The notes under the pieces: model-generated
Told to the model about the DNA's origin: nothing
Seen by the model: only the letters and a program-made list of their open reading frames with translations
Database searches by the model: none
In this document: positions 47,824 to 56,421 of the stretch, in pieces
How positions within the stretch are numbered: the first letter of the stretch is position 1
Layout: every line of letters starts with the position of its first letter
Source: an uncultured Bacteroidota bacterium
GTDB lineage: Bacteria > Bacteroidota > Bacteroidia > Chitinophagales > Chitinophagaceae
Assembly: GCA_903819975.1 (NCBI GenBank)
Contig: CAIJFI010000013.1
Coordinates: 1,025 to 65,024, forward strand
Direction of reading: 5' to 3'
DNA: 64,000 nt
Position numbers and translations under genes: made by a program

Positions 47824-49734
47824 ATGATAACAATTTTATATTATTTATTGAAAGTGGTTTTATGTAGTGCTTTATTATATACGTACTACTGGTTTGTCTT
47901 AAGAAACAAACAGTTTCATCAATACAATAGGTTTTATTTAATGGGAGTGTCAGTGTTATCGTGGATAGTCCCATTTCTTAAAATTAATATTATAAAAGAG
48001 CAAGTTTTATCAGCACCCAAGGTCATCCATTTTGCAAATGTTATTGCCGAAAACAATAGTACTATAGAACAAGAAGTAGTTTTAAAAAGTTCCCAGTTTA
48101 CTTGGGATAATCTATTGCTATTCATCGGATTTACAATATCATTCTTATTTGTAGTAAGGTTTGTAAAATCCTTGTGGCATATTCGTAAATTAATAAAACA
48201 ATACCCATTAAAAAAATTAGCAAGTCTGTATTTAGTGATGACGGATATTAAGGGAACTCCATTCTCTTTTTTCAAATACATATTCTGGAATACATCAATT
48301 GATTTAAACAGTGAAATTGGGAAGAAGATTCTTGCACACGAAGTAGCACATGTTGAGGAAAATCATTCATTTGATAAACTTTTGATTGAATTACAATTGG
48401 TGATTGGTTGGTTTAATCCAATTGTCTGGTTAATTAGGAATGAATTGTATTTGATACATGAATTCATTGCAGATCAAAAATCTATTCAAAATAATGATAC
48501 AAGTGTTCTAGCAGAATTATTATTAACATCAGCATATCCTACACAACAACATCTATTATCAAATTCATTTTTCTTTTCACCAATTAAACGTAGAATCCAA
48601 ATGTTTACAAAAACAAACACAAAATATAGTTATCTGAGAAGACTAACTATCTTGCCAATTATGGCTGCGACGGTCTTACTATTTGCATTTAGAAATGGTA
48701 ATATTAATTCAAGACCAATTATCAAATTAGATAAACAGTATACAGTAGTCATTGATGCTGGACATGGTGGTAAAGACCTTGGTGCAAGTGCTGCTGATGG
48801 GACTAATGAAAAGGATTTGACACTAGCAATTGCTTTAAAAGTTAAATCATTAAATAATAATCCTAACATTAATATTGTACTATCAAGAGAATCGGATAAG
48901 TTTATTACAGTAATGGATAGGACTAATATTGCGAATGCAGCAAAATCTAATTTGTATGTATCAATTCACATGAATAATGACGATGCTAAAAAAGGAACTG
49001 GAAGTTCTTGTTATGTTCCATTTAAAAAGAACTTATATATAAAAGAGAGTGTTGTTTTAGCTAAAAATATATTAGAAGCTACTAGTGGCCTTTTTCTTAA
49101 AAATAAATTGATTACAACAAAAGATAAAGGAATTTGGGTAATTGAAAATGCTAATATGCCAGCGGTTTTGTTTGAAAGTGGATTTATTAGTAATCCAAAT
49201 GACTTAAAGCTGGTTAAAGAAAATGAGGATAAGATAGCTAATATGTTATTAGAAGGTATTAATACATATTTGTCTAATAATTTCAAAATTAACGCTGATA
49301 TTGATACCCTTCCAAAGTTAAATGCTACAAAAAGTGATAAAATCACAGTGACTTCTAAAACATCAGTTGATACTGTTGTGGATGTCAACTTAAATTATGA
49401 TCTAAATAAAGATAAAATTGTTGTCTCAAATGTGACTTTAAACACATCAAAAAAACAAGCTGCTTTGGATGCATTAGAAAATAAGGCGAATGTAGTAATT
49501 ACAAAGAAAACTGAAGGTGGTACAGAAAAATATGTAATTGTTGAGAATGGAGAAACTGCAAGCAAACCTACTTTTTATTTAGATGGAATTAAAATAACAG
49601 AAAAGGAAATGAAAGCCATATCGCCAAATGATATTGAATCAGTTAATGTATTGAGTGGAGAACAAGCATTAAAAAAATATCCTAAAGATGGTAGAACTGG
49701 AGTGGTGGAAATTAAATTAAAGCGTAAGAATTAA
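47824..49734 (+). CDS. M56 (BlaR1-like) peptidase fused to N-acetylmuramoyl-L-alanine amidase (Amidase_3) and a plug-like tail
   Basis: AHEVAH and HEFIAD (M56); VIDAGHGG, NEKD, SIHMN and AVLFESGFISN (Amidase_3); IESVNVLSGEQA…YP…G..GVVEI tail. Confidence 0.9.
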   Translation: MITILYYLLKVVLCSALLYTYYWFVLRNKQFHQYNRFYLMGVSVLSWIVPFLKINIIKEQVLSAPKVIHFANVIAENNSTIEQEVVLKSSQFTWDNLLLFIGFTISFLFVVRFVKSLWHIRKLIKQYPLKKLASLYLVMTDIKGTPFSFFKYIFWNTSIDLNSEIGKKILAHEVAHVEENHSFDKLLIELQLVIGWFNPIVWLIRNELYLIHEFIADQKSIQNNDTSVLAELLLTSAYPTQQHLLSNSFFFSPIKRRIQMFTKTNTKYSYLRRLTILPIMAATVLLFAFRNGNINSRPIIKLDKQYTVVIDAGHGGKDLGASAADGTNEKDLTLAIALKVKSLNNNPNINIVLSRESDKFITVMDRTNIANAAKSNLYVSIHMNNDDAKKGTGSSCYVPFKKNLYIKESVVLAKNILEATSGLFLKNKLITTKDKGIWVIENANMPAVLFESGFISNPNDLKLVKENEDKIANMLLEGINTYLSNNFKINADIDTLPKLNATKSDKITVTSKTSVDTVVDVNLNYDLNKDKIVVSNVTLNTSKKQAALDALENKANVVITKKTEGGTEKYVIVENGETASKPTFYLDGIKITEKEMKAISPNDIESVNVLSGEQALKKYPKDGRTGVVEIKLKRKN

Positions 49735-49981
49735 TTTGAATGACTGCGTGAGGAAAATACCCCCTGAATTCGACTGAAATCGGTTGATTTCCGTTTTGTG
49801 AAAACTTAACTAACTACAAATCAACGCCTTCATTTTCTCAAAAAATCTTCATAACCCTGAGGTCTTTTTCGTACCTGAATATTGCAGAACATTAATTACT
49901 GTTCAGGTACTTTCACGAACGTAAATAGATGTTCCAGAACGATAAAAAGCGTTCCGGAACATCTATTTTATCCTATTTTTC

Positions 49982-50329
49982 CTATATTTTTTCGATATTG
50001 TTAGAAACTGCGCTATTGTTAGCCTTCTCTATTTTTGCTACTAATTCTTCCTTTTCCTTATTTAATGACTCTATAATCGATTCATTTTGTTGTAGGTCGT
50101 GTTCTAGCATTGCTGACCTTGAAGTTAAATTCTTGATGGATTCATGATTTTTCGATGTAGCATCCTTGAGTTGTCGAATTTCCTTCGATTTTGTTACTGA
50201 CGACTTTATAGCAAAATAGGCTATTCCTATTATGCCTATGCCGACTAAAACATAGGCGGCTTTTATTTTTACGTTTTTGGCTGGCTTATGAAAGCGCTCA
50301 ATCATTGTTAGAAATTCTGGATTAGTCAT
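49982..50329 (-). CDS. Hypothetical single-pass membrane protein with coiled coil
   Basis: One hydrophobic segment (AAYVLVGIGIIGIAYFAI) followed by heptad-like charged sequence; start overlaps the upstream stop. Confidence 0.7.
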   Translation of the reverse strand: MTNPEFLTMIERFHKPAKNVKIKAAYVLVGIGIIGIAYFAIKSSVTKSKEIRQLKDATSKNHESIKNLTSRSAMLEHDLQQNESIIESLNKEKEELVAKIEKANNSAVSNNIEKI

Positions 50330-50759
50330 GTTTCTGAATTTTTATGTATTGTTTAAATGGGTTTACTATGATATTATATCCTAAGAAAACTACTGTACTT
50401 TCTTCATAGCCATGGCTTATTGAAATACAATTGTTTAATACAATTCCATATGCTTCTAATACTGCAACTGTTACAAATTCGCCATGTGTTATAATAGCTT
50501 CTTCAATTTTTGCTTTAGTTTGTCTTTGAATTGCAGCATAATCCAAAAGTTGATCCTCATGTATTTGGTGTTTTTGTTGATGCTTTCTTCTGCGGCAGTT
50601 GTGGTGAATGCCATTTTCATCAGTGTACTCAGAGCAATGTCTCTTGGATTTACGTTCTTGGTCTGCAATGGGTTCTCTACAGTCCTCGTTTTCACATACA
50701 CGACCTAAATGGTAGGTCAGGGATGGTTTGCTTGTAATTTGCTTCTTTTTTGGCTTCAT
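50322..50759 (-). CDS. Hypothetical protein with N-terminal Cys/His Zn-ribbon-like motif (DUF2116-like)
   Basis: C-ENED-C…RKSKRHC…NCRR pattern followed by a helical region. Confidence 0.65.
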   Translation of the reverse strand: MKPKKKQITSKPSLTYHLGRVCENEDCREPIADQERKSKRHCSEYTDENGIHHNCRRRKHQQKHQIHEDQLLDYAAIQRQTKAKIEEAIITHGEFVTVAVLEAYGIVLNNCISISHGYEESTVVFLGYNIIVNPFKQYIKIQKHD

Positions 50760-50849
50760 ATTATCTTAAATTTTAAACTGTAATTATTTTTAATAAAGTT
50801 AAAGGTACAAATATTTCATTAATTTCAATAAAAAGTCTAAGTTTGCGAC

Positions 50850-51767
50850 ATGATATTTAAAAATACAATAAAGCGGTTTGTTTTGGAAGAGGTAGAAAAG
50901 GAGTATAAATCAGGAAATTATGCTGCATATGCGCCATTTATGGATACGTTGCTTTCAAGGAATACCCCTTTAAAAAGTACCAATTTAGACAGGCGATTAA
51001 TCCATTATTGGGAAAGCAGGAAACTATTTAACGAAGTTTCGGATAATGGTTATTTAAGCTTCTTTGATGTCAGTTGGTTAAATGTGTTACAAGAGTTAAA
51101 GGTGATTGGTGTAACTCCTAAAACTATGGAGGAGGTACACAAATTCTTTTTCGGTAATAATAGTTTTCTTGATGCACTTTTTTCAAAGTCTAATATCGAA
51201 AAATTGGCATTTTCTTCGAAAGAAATAGATGATTTATCAAAAAGTAAGGATCTATTACAAATGCTTAAAAATTACGGATGGAATAATTTTTCATTAACTA
51301 TATTGGCTATACTACTAACAAGAAAAAACACGTGTTTGCACGTGAGTGCTGGTGGTAAAGTGGCAGCATTTGAAGTTGCTGATATATTCGATCCTTCTGA
51401 TTCTTTTGGGAGGCTCAATAAGTTTTTTAATGAATCATTCATTTCAGTGAGCTTTTACAATATTATTTACAAAGTGATCAATGATAATGACTTATTTAAC
51501 TTGAATGATGGTGTATTAGAAATTAAGGAGGCGTCTATCAATATCATTAAAAAGATGTTCAATGATGATGCAATACAAAAAATTACATTTAGGTTAAACG
51601 ATAAGAGGATGCCTATTGTTGAGGTTACAAAAAGACTTGATTTTGCTGAATTTTACAATAAGGTGCATTATCTGAAAAAGAAAGGAACTTTCTTGGATAT
51701 GCAAATCAAAACAAGGGATGGTAATGTTCAACTTTTCGAAGTGACTGAATTAATAAATACAAAATAG
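50850..51767 (+). CDS. MerR-like HTH DNA-binding protein
   Basis: RRLIHYWE…L…G.LSFFDVSWL..LQEL…G resembles the MerR wHTH; C-terminal domain unknown. Confidence 0.7.
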   Translation: MIFKNTIKRFVLEEVEKEYKSGNYAAYAPFMDTLLSRNTPLKSTNLDRRLIHYWESRKLFNEVSDNGYLSFFDVSWLNVLQELKVIGVTPKTMEEVHKFFFGNNSFLDALFSKSNIEKLAFSSKEIDDLSKSKDLLQMLKNYGWNNFSLTILAILLTRKNTCLHVSAGGKVAAFEVADIFDPSDSFGRLNKFFNESFISVSFYNIIYKVINDNDLFNLNDGVLEIKEASINIIKKMFNDDAIQKITFRLNDKRMPIVEVTKRLDFAEFYNKVHYLKKKGTFLDMQIKTRDGNVQLFEVTELINTK

Positions 51768-51845
51768 TGCTGAAGTTCTCGGCCATATTATACAAAGGGT
51801 ACTCTAAACTAAGTTCTAGTTATGGTATGATATTCATTAATCTAA

Positions 51846-52046
51846 ATGAGCAATCATTATGTAAACAGTAAAAAAAAGGTAGAAATAATAGCAGCTAATG
51901 AAAGCACTGCTTTAGATGCAAGTATAAAAGTGCTTGCAGAGATTATCGCTAATCAAATTATCAAAAAATTACTTCAAGATGAACAACTTGGAATTACAGC
52001 TTCAGCAGATGACAGCGAAATTTGCGAAAAAAGCGAAGCCGCCTAA
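51846..52046 (+). CDS. Small hypothetical protein overlapping the recombinase start
   Basis: 66-aa ATG ORF between the MerR-like gene and the recombinase. Confidence 0.5.
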   Translation: MSNHYVNSKKKVEIIAANESTALDASIKVLAEIIANQIIKKLLQDEQLGITASADDSEICEKSEAA

Positions 52047-53592
52047 ATGGAGGGAGGGAAATAAAATTGTAAACTATACAAGGGTTTCTGACCCCTCCCA
52101 ATTTGACAACACTTCTTTAGAAACACAAAGAAAAGATGCCATCACTTTTGCAAACAAAAGGTCATTTGAAATCAAATCCTTTTTTGGTGGGGAAGCGGAG
52201 TCGGCCAAAACGGATGAGCGAAAGGAGTTTAAGCTAATGCTTAATTATGTAAGAAAAAACAAGGATGTAGTAGCCATATTAGTTTACTCATTTGAGCGTT
52301 TTTCAAGAAGTGATCATGCACAAGAGCTTATTATTGATTTAAGTAAGATTGGAGTTAAGGTAATTAGTGTGCTTCAGGATATTGATGTGACTTCTCCCGC
52401 TGGCGAGTTGCAGCAACAAATATTTTTTGCTTTCGGTAAGTACGATAACGATTTACGAAGAACCAAAACCATGCGCGGTACTTCTGAATTAATTGAACAG
52501 GGCTATTATATTGGCCACTGCCCATATGGTTATACAAACCTGAGAAGAAAGGAGAAAGCCAAGTATCACGAATATGTAATCAATGACCAGGGCAAGTTTA
52601 TGAAAATGGGCTTTAAATGGAAAGCGGAAGGTAAATGGAGTAATAAAGAAATTGTAGAGCGTTTGCGTAAATTAGGTGCAACCATTGAATACAAAAGTTT
52701 TTACCGCCAAATCGGGAACCCCTTTTATTGTGGTTATTATATGAACGCATATTTCCCGGGTAAATTAATTAAGGGACACCACCCAGCTTTAGTTTCTATG
52801 GAACTTTTTATGAAAGCAAATGCAGTAGCAATTACAAATCCGCATAAAGGGATTGCTAAGAAATTTAAGGACCCTGATATGCCATTAAAGTCTTTTTTAA
52901 GAAGCGAGCTAACGAACTCACCATTTACTGGCTATAAGCAAAAAGGACATATCTATTACAAGACCAGAGGGCATGCAGAGCCGGTTAATGAAAAGGCCGC
53001 AACTATCAACAAGCTATTTATGGAGGAGTTGGATAAGTATAAAATTGAACCTGTTCATATTGCCTCAATAGAAGCGCAAGTAAAGGAGATTGTTTCTCAG
53101 AAGTTTAACGACAAATTGCAGGAGGATGTATCAGCAAAAAGAAAAATTACCGAATTGACTGATAAGATTGAATCACTTGAAGAAAGGTTTATCAATCAAG
53201 AATTAAGCAAGGAACTTTACGATAAATACCGACTTAAATATTTAGATGAAAAGAAGCAATTAGAGGAGGAAAATATCAAAGGTGATTTTAAGAGTTCGAA
53301 CTTAGAAAAAGCGGTTAAAAATGGATTGGAAATTTTGCTAGACCCTTTGCAGTTATGGGTTTCCTGCGACTATGATGATAAACAACGTCTTCAATATTTG
53401 TTCTTCCCAGAGGGAATGAGGTATGATAAGGAAAATAAGCGAGTTCGAACTCCAAGGGTGAATAGTGTGGTCTCTCTAATCTCAAGTGTAGCAAGGGTTT
53501 CGGAGGAAAATGAGAAAGGCTACCTCGTTGGAAGTAGCCTTGATTCTCGTTTCGTAGAGCGTACGGGAATCGAACCCGTATTACCAGGATGA
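51979..53592 (+). CDS. Large serine recombinase (resolvase + recombinase + coiled-coil domains)
   Basis: YTRVS catalytic motif (Ser codon 52087-52089), SAKTDERKEF, VYSFERFSR, GYYIGHCPYGY; coiled-coil C-terminus. ATG 51979 preferred over TTG 51934. Confidence 0.95.
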   Translation: MNNLELQLQQMTAKFAKKAKPPKWREGNKIVNYTRVSDPSQFDNTSLETQRKDAITFANKRSFEIKSFFGGEAESAKTDERKEFKLMLNYVRKNKDVVAILVYSFERFSRSDHAQELIIDLSKIGVKVISVLQDIDVTSPAGELQQQIFFAFGKYDNDLRRTKTMRGTSELIEQGYYIGHCPYGYTNLRRKEKAKYHEYVINDQGKFMKMGFKWKAEGKWSNKEIVERLRKLGATIEYKSFYRQIGNPFYCGYYMNAYFPGKLIKGHHPALVSMELFMKANAVAITNPHKGIAKKFKDPDMPLKSFLRSELTNSPFTGYKQKGHIYYKTRGHAEPVNEKAATINKLFMEELDKYKIEPVHIASIEAQVKEIVSQKFNDKLQEDVSAKRKITELTDKIESLEERFINQELSKELYDKYRLKYLDEKKQLEEENIKGDFKSSNLEKAVKNGLEILLDPLQLWVSCDYDDKQRLQYLFFPEGMRYDKENKRVRTPRVNSVVSLISSVARVSEENEKGYLVGSSLDSRFVERTGIEPVLPG

Positions 53593-53626
53593 AAACCTGG
53601 CGTCCTAACCGTTAGACGAACGCTCC
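53555..53626 (-). tRNA. tRNA-Glu(TTC)
   Basis: ggagcgt…ccagg-ttttcat-cctgg…acggg-ttcgatt-cccgt-acgctct-a cloverleaf; CCA not encoded; upstream TAnnTTTG box (tatttttg, 53652-53659, minus strand). Confidence 0.96.
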
Positions 53627-53905
53627 ATCGTAGAATTTGTCATTCGGGTCGCAAAAATAGGATTCTAACCATTTACTGCCAAATCATTTTGTATCTTTTT
53701 TCGGTTTTATTAGTATTTGTTTCAATTTAAAATATGCCAAATCGGAAATGCCAGCCTGGACATATTATGCTCCGCAATCCTTTGAAACGATCAATTGTTC
53801 GCTTAAAACCCTCATATTTGTTGATAAAACCTTTCTTTTTTAGGGTTATTTTTTTAAAAAGATGGTACCTTCGCATCTCCAATTGAAAAAATTAAAATTA
53901 ATACT

Positions 53906-54916
53906 ATGAGTTCAGTTAAAGTTGCAATCAACGGTTTTGGCCGTATCGGTCGTTTGGTTTTCCGCCAAATATATAACATGGAAGGAATTGAGGTAGTTGC
54001 TATCAATGACCTTACTTCTCCAGCTGTTTTGGCTCACTTATTAAAATATGATAGTGCGCAAGGTCGTTTTGATGCTGACGTTAAGTCAACTGAAGATTCA
54101 GTATTAGTAAATGGTCATGCTATTAAAATCTATGCACAAAGAGATCCGTCTCAAATTCCTTGGGGAGCGCATAATGTAGACGTTGTTATTGAATCTACAG
54201 GATTCTTTACAGATAAAGAAAAAGCTGAATTACATATTAAAGCAGGTGCTAAGAGAGTTGTAATTTCTGCTCCAGCAACTGGCGAAATGAAGACTGTTGT
54301 TTTCAACACTAATCACGAAATTTTAGATGGTACTGAAACAGTTATTTCTGGTGCTTCTTGTACTACTAACTGTTTAGCTCCAATGGCTAAAGTATTAGAA
54401 GATAAATTTGGTATCGTTACAGGTTTAATGTTAACGGTACACGCATATACTAATGACCAAAATACATTAGACGGTCCTCATCCAAAAGGTGACTTACGTC
54501 GTGCTCGTGCTGCTGCTGCTAACATTGTACCTAACAGTACTGGTGCCGCAAAAGCTATCGGTTTAGTATTGCCTTCTTTAAAAGGTAAATTAGATGGTTC
54601 TGCACAACGTGTTCCAACAATCACCGGTTCTTTAACGGAGTTAACTACTATCTTATCTAAGAAAGTAACTGCCGAAGAAGTGAATGCAGCTATGAAAGCG
54701 GCATCTAACGAATCTTTCGGTTATACTGAGGATGAAATTGTTAGCTCTGATGTTATAGGCATTTCTTACGGTTCTTTGTTTGACGCAACTCAAACTAAAG
54801 TAATGACACAAGGCGATGTTCAATTAGTGAAAACAGTATCTTGGTACGATAACGAAATGAGCTATGTTTCTCAGTTAGTGCGTACTGTGAAATACTTCGC
54901 AAGTAAAATTAAATAA
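53906..54916 (+). CDS. gap: Glyceraldehyde-3-phosphate dehydrogenase type I
   Basis: INGFGRIGR; [10 protein letters not shown]; SWYDNE. Confidence 0.98.
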   Translation: MSSVKVAINGFGRIGRLVFRQIYNMEGIEVVAINDLTSPAVLAHLLKYDSAQGRFDADVKSTEDSVLVNGHAIKIYAQRDPSQIPWGAHNVDVVIESTGFFTDKEKAELHIKAGAKRVVISAPATGEMKTVVFNTNHEILDGTETVISGASCTTNCLAPMAKVLEDKFGIVTGLMLTVHAYTNDQNTLDGPHPKGDLRRARAAAANIVPNSTGAAKAIGLVLPSLKGKLDGSAQRVPTITGSLTELTTILSKKVTAEEVNAAMKAASNESFGYTEDEIVSSDVIGISYGSLFDATQTKVMTQGDVQLVKTVSWYDNEMSYVSQLVRTVKYFASKIK

Positions 54917-54931
54917 GCAATTATAAATAGC

Positions 54932-54959
54932 AAATGCCCCCTTTATTGGGGGCATTTTT
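54932..54959 (+). terminator. Hairpin between gap and pgk
   Basis: aaatgccccc-tttatt-gggggcatttt. Confidence 0.75.
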
Positions 54960-55008
54960 ATTCGACTTATTGGATTCAAATTATCACAAACTATTTTAAA
55001 TTTTTATT

Positions 55009-56211
55009 ATGAGTACTTTTAATGATTTTTCTTTTGCAGGTAAAAAGGCGTTAATTCGTGTAGATTTTAATGTGCCTTTAAATGATGCATTTGAAATTAC
55101 CGACGATAACCGTATGCAAGCAACGGTGCCTACTATTTCAAAGATTTTGAAAGACGGTGGTAGCGTAATTTTAATGAGCCACTTAGGTCGCCCAAAAGAC
55201 GGTCCAACAGAAAAGTATTCTTTAAAACATATTGTTGCACATTTATCTAAATTATTAGGTATAGAAGTGCAATTTGCAAATGATTGCATTGGTGCAGATG
55301 CAGTAGATAAAGCAGCAGCATTACAACCAGGTCAAGTATTATTATTAGAGAACTTGCGTTTTTATAAAGAAGAAGAAAAAGGAGATGTCGCGTTCGCTGA
55401 AAAATTAGCAAAGCTTGGTGATGTTTATGTAAATGATGCATTTGGTACAGCACACCGCGCGCATGCTTCTACAGCAATCATTGCTCAATTCTTTTCTCCA
55501 GCAAACAGAACATTTGGTTTAGTTATGGAAGGTGAAGTGGTGAGTGCCGAAAAAGTATTGCACGCTGCACAAAAGCCTTTCACTGCAATTATAGGTGGCG
55601 CTAAAGTTTCTGATAAAATTTTGATTATTGAAAATTTATTAGACCGTGCTACTGATATTATTATTGGTGGCGGTATGGCTTATACTTTCTTTAAAGCACA
55701 AGGTGGTAAAATTGGCAACTCCATTCATGAAGATGATCGTATGCCTTTGGCTTTAGAAATCTTAGCAAAAGCAAAGGCAAAAGGAGTAAATATTCATTTG
55801 CCTATTGATAATATTATTGCTGATAAATTTAGCAACGATGCAAATACTCAAAACTGTGCAAGCGGTGAAATACCTGATGGATGGGAAGGATTAGATGCTG
55901 GTGTTGAATCTAGAGCTCAGTTTGCAAAAGTGATTTTAGCAAGCAAAACTATTTTATGGAATGGTCCAATGGGCGTTTTTGAAATGCCTAATTTTCAGGC
56001 TGGTACAAAAGCTATTGCAGATGCAGTGGCTGAAGCTACTCAAAATGGAGCTTTTAGCTTAGTGGGTGGTGGAGATAGCGTAGCTGCAGTAAATCAATTT
56101 GGCTACCATGATAAGGTTAGCTATGTAAGTACAGGTGGTGGTGCGATGTTAGAGTACTTTGAAGGCAAAACACTTCCTGGTATCGCTGCAATCAAAGGAG
56201 AAGTCGCGTAA
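55009..56211 (+). CDS. pgk: Phosphoglycerate kinase
   Basis: [45 protein letters not shown]. Confidence 0.98.
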   Translation: MSTFNDFSFAGKKALIRVDFNVPLNDAFEITDDNRMQATVPTISKILKDGGSVILMSHLGRPKDGPTEKYSLKHIVAHLSKLLGIEVQFANDCIGADAVDKAAALQPGQVLLLENLRFYKEEEKGDVAFAEKLAKLGDVYVNDAFGTAHRAHASTAIIAQFFSPANRTFGLVMEGEVVSAEKVLHAAQKPFTAIIGGAKVSDKILIIENLLDRATDIIIGGGMAYTFFKAQGGKIGNSIHEDDRMPLALEILAKAKAKGVNIHLPIDNIIADKFSNDANTQNCASGEIPDGWEGLDAGVESRAQFAKVILASKTILWNGPMGVFEMPNFQAGTKAIADAVAEATQNGAFSLVGGGDSVAAVNQFGYHDKVSYVSTGGGAMLEYFEGKTLPGIAAIKGEVA

Positions 56212-56215
56212 GTGA

Positions 56216-56265
56216 ACTGATGCAGGCAGAAAAACTAATTGCGACTGATGCAGGCAGAAAAACTA
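56216..56265 (+). repeat. 22-bp tandem direct repeat, two copies, 28-bp period
   Basis: actgatgcaggcagaaaaacta at 56216-56237 and 56244-56265. Confidence 0.9.
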
Positions 56266-56421
56266 TTTTGTCAGCCAATTCTTAAAAAAAAGTTAATACA
56301 AATCCCTTCAGCATGCTGGAGGGATTTTTTTGTCAGTATATCAATAATAAAAATACGACTAAACGGCAGAAATTGAATTTGGTACTTGCTTTGCTCTATC
56401 TTTATAAACAAATACAAAACT

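Larger units (their letters stand above)
44772..49864. mobile_element. Putative integrase-less genomic islet between tRNA-Met-derived direct repeats
   Basis: ttcataaccctgaggtc at 44772-44788 and 49848-49864; shared internal motifs tgcgtgagg (44861, 49745) and accccctg (44916, 49759). Confidence 0.6.
49865..53554. mobile_element. Putative small integrative element at the tRNA-Glu 3' end (left boundary approximate)
   Basis: The serine recombinase points into, and overlaps, tRNA-Glu; divergent regulator and cargo ORFs; no core genes inside. Confidence 0.7.

Noticed and set aside
56216-56265. Mini-CRISPR array
   Set aside because: Only two 22-bp units, a 6-nt spacer, and no cas genes.
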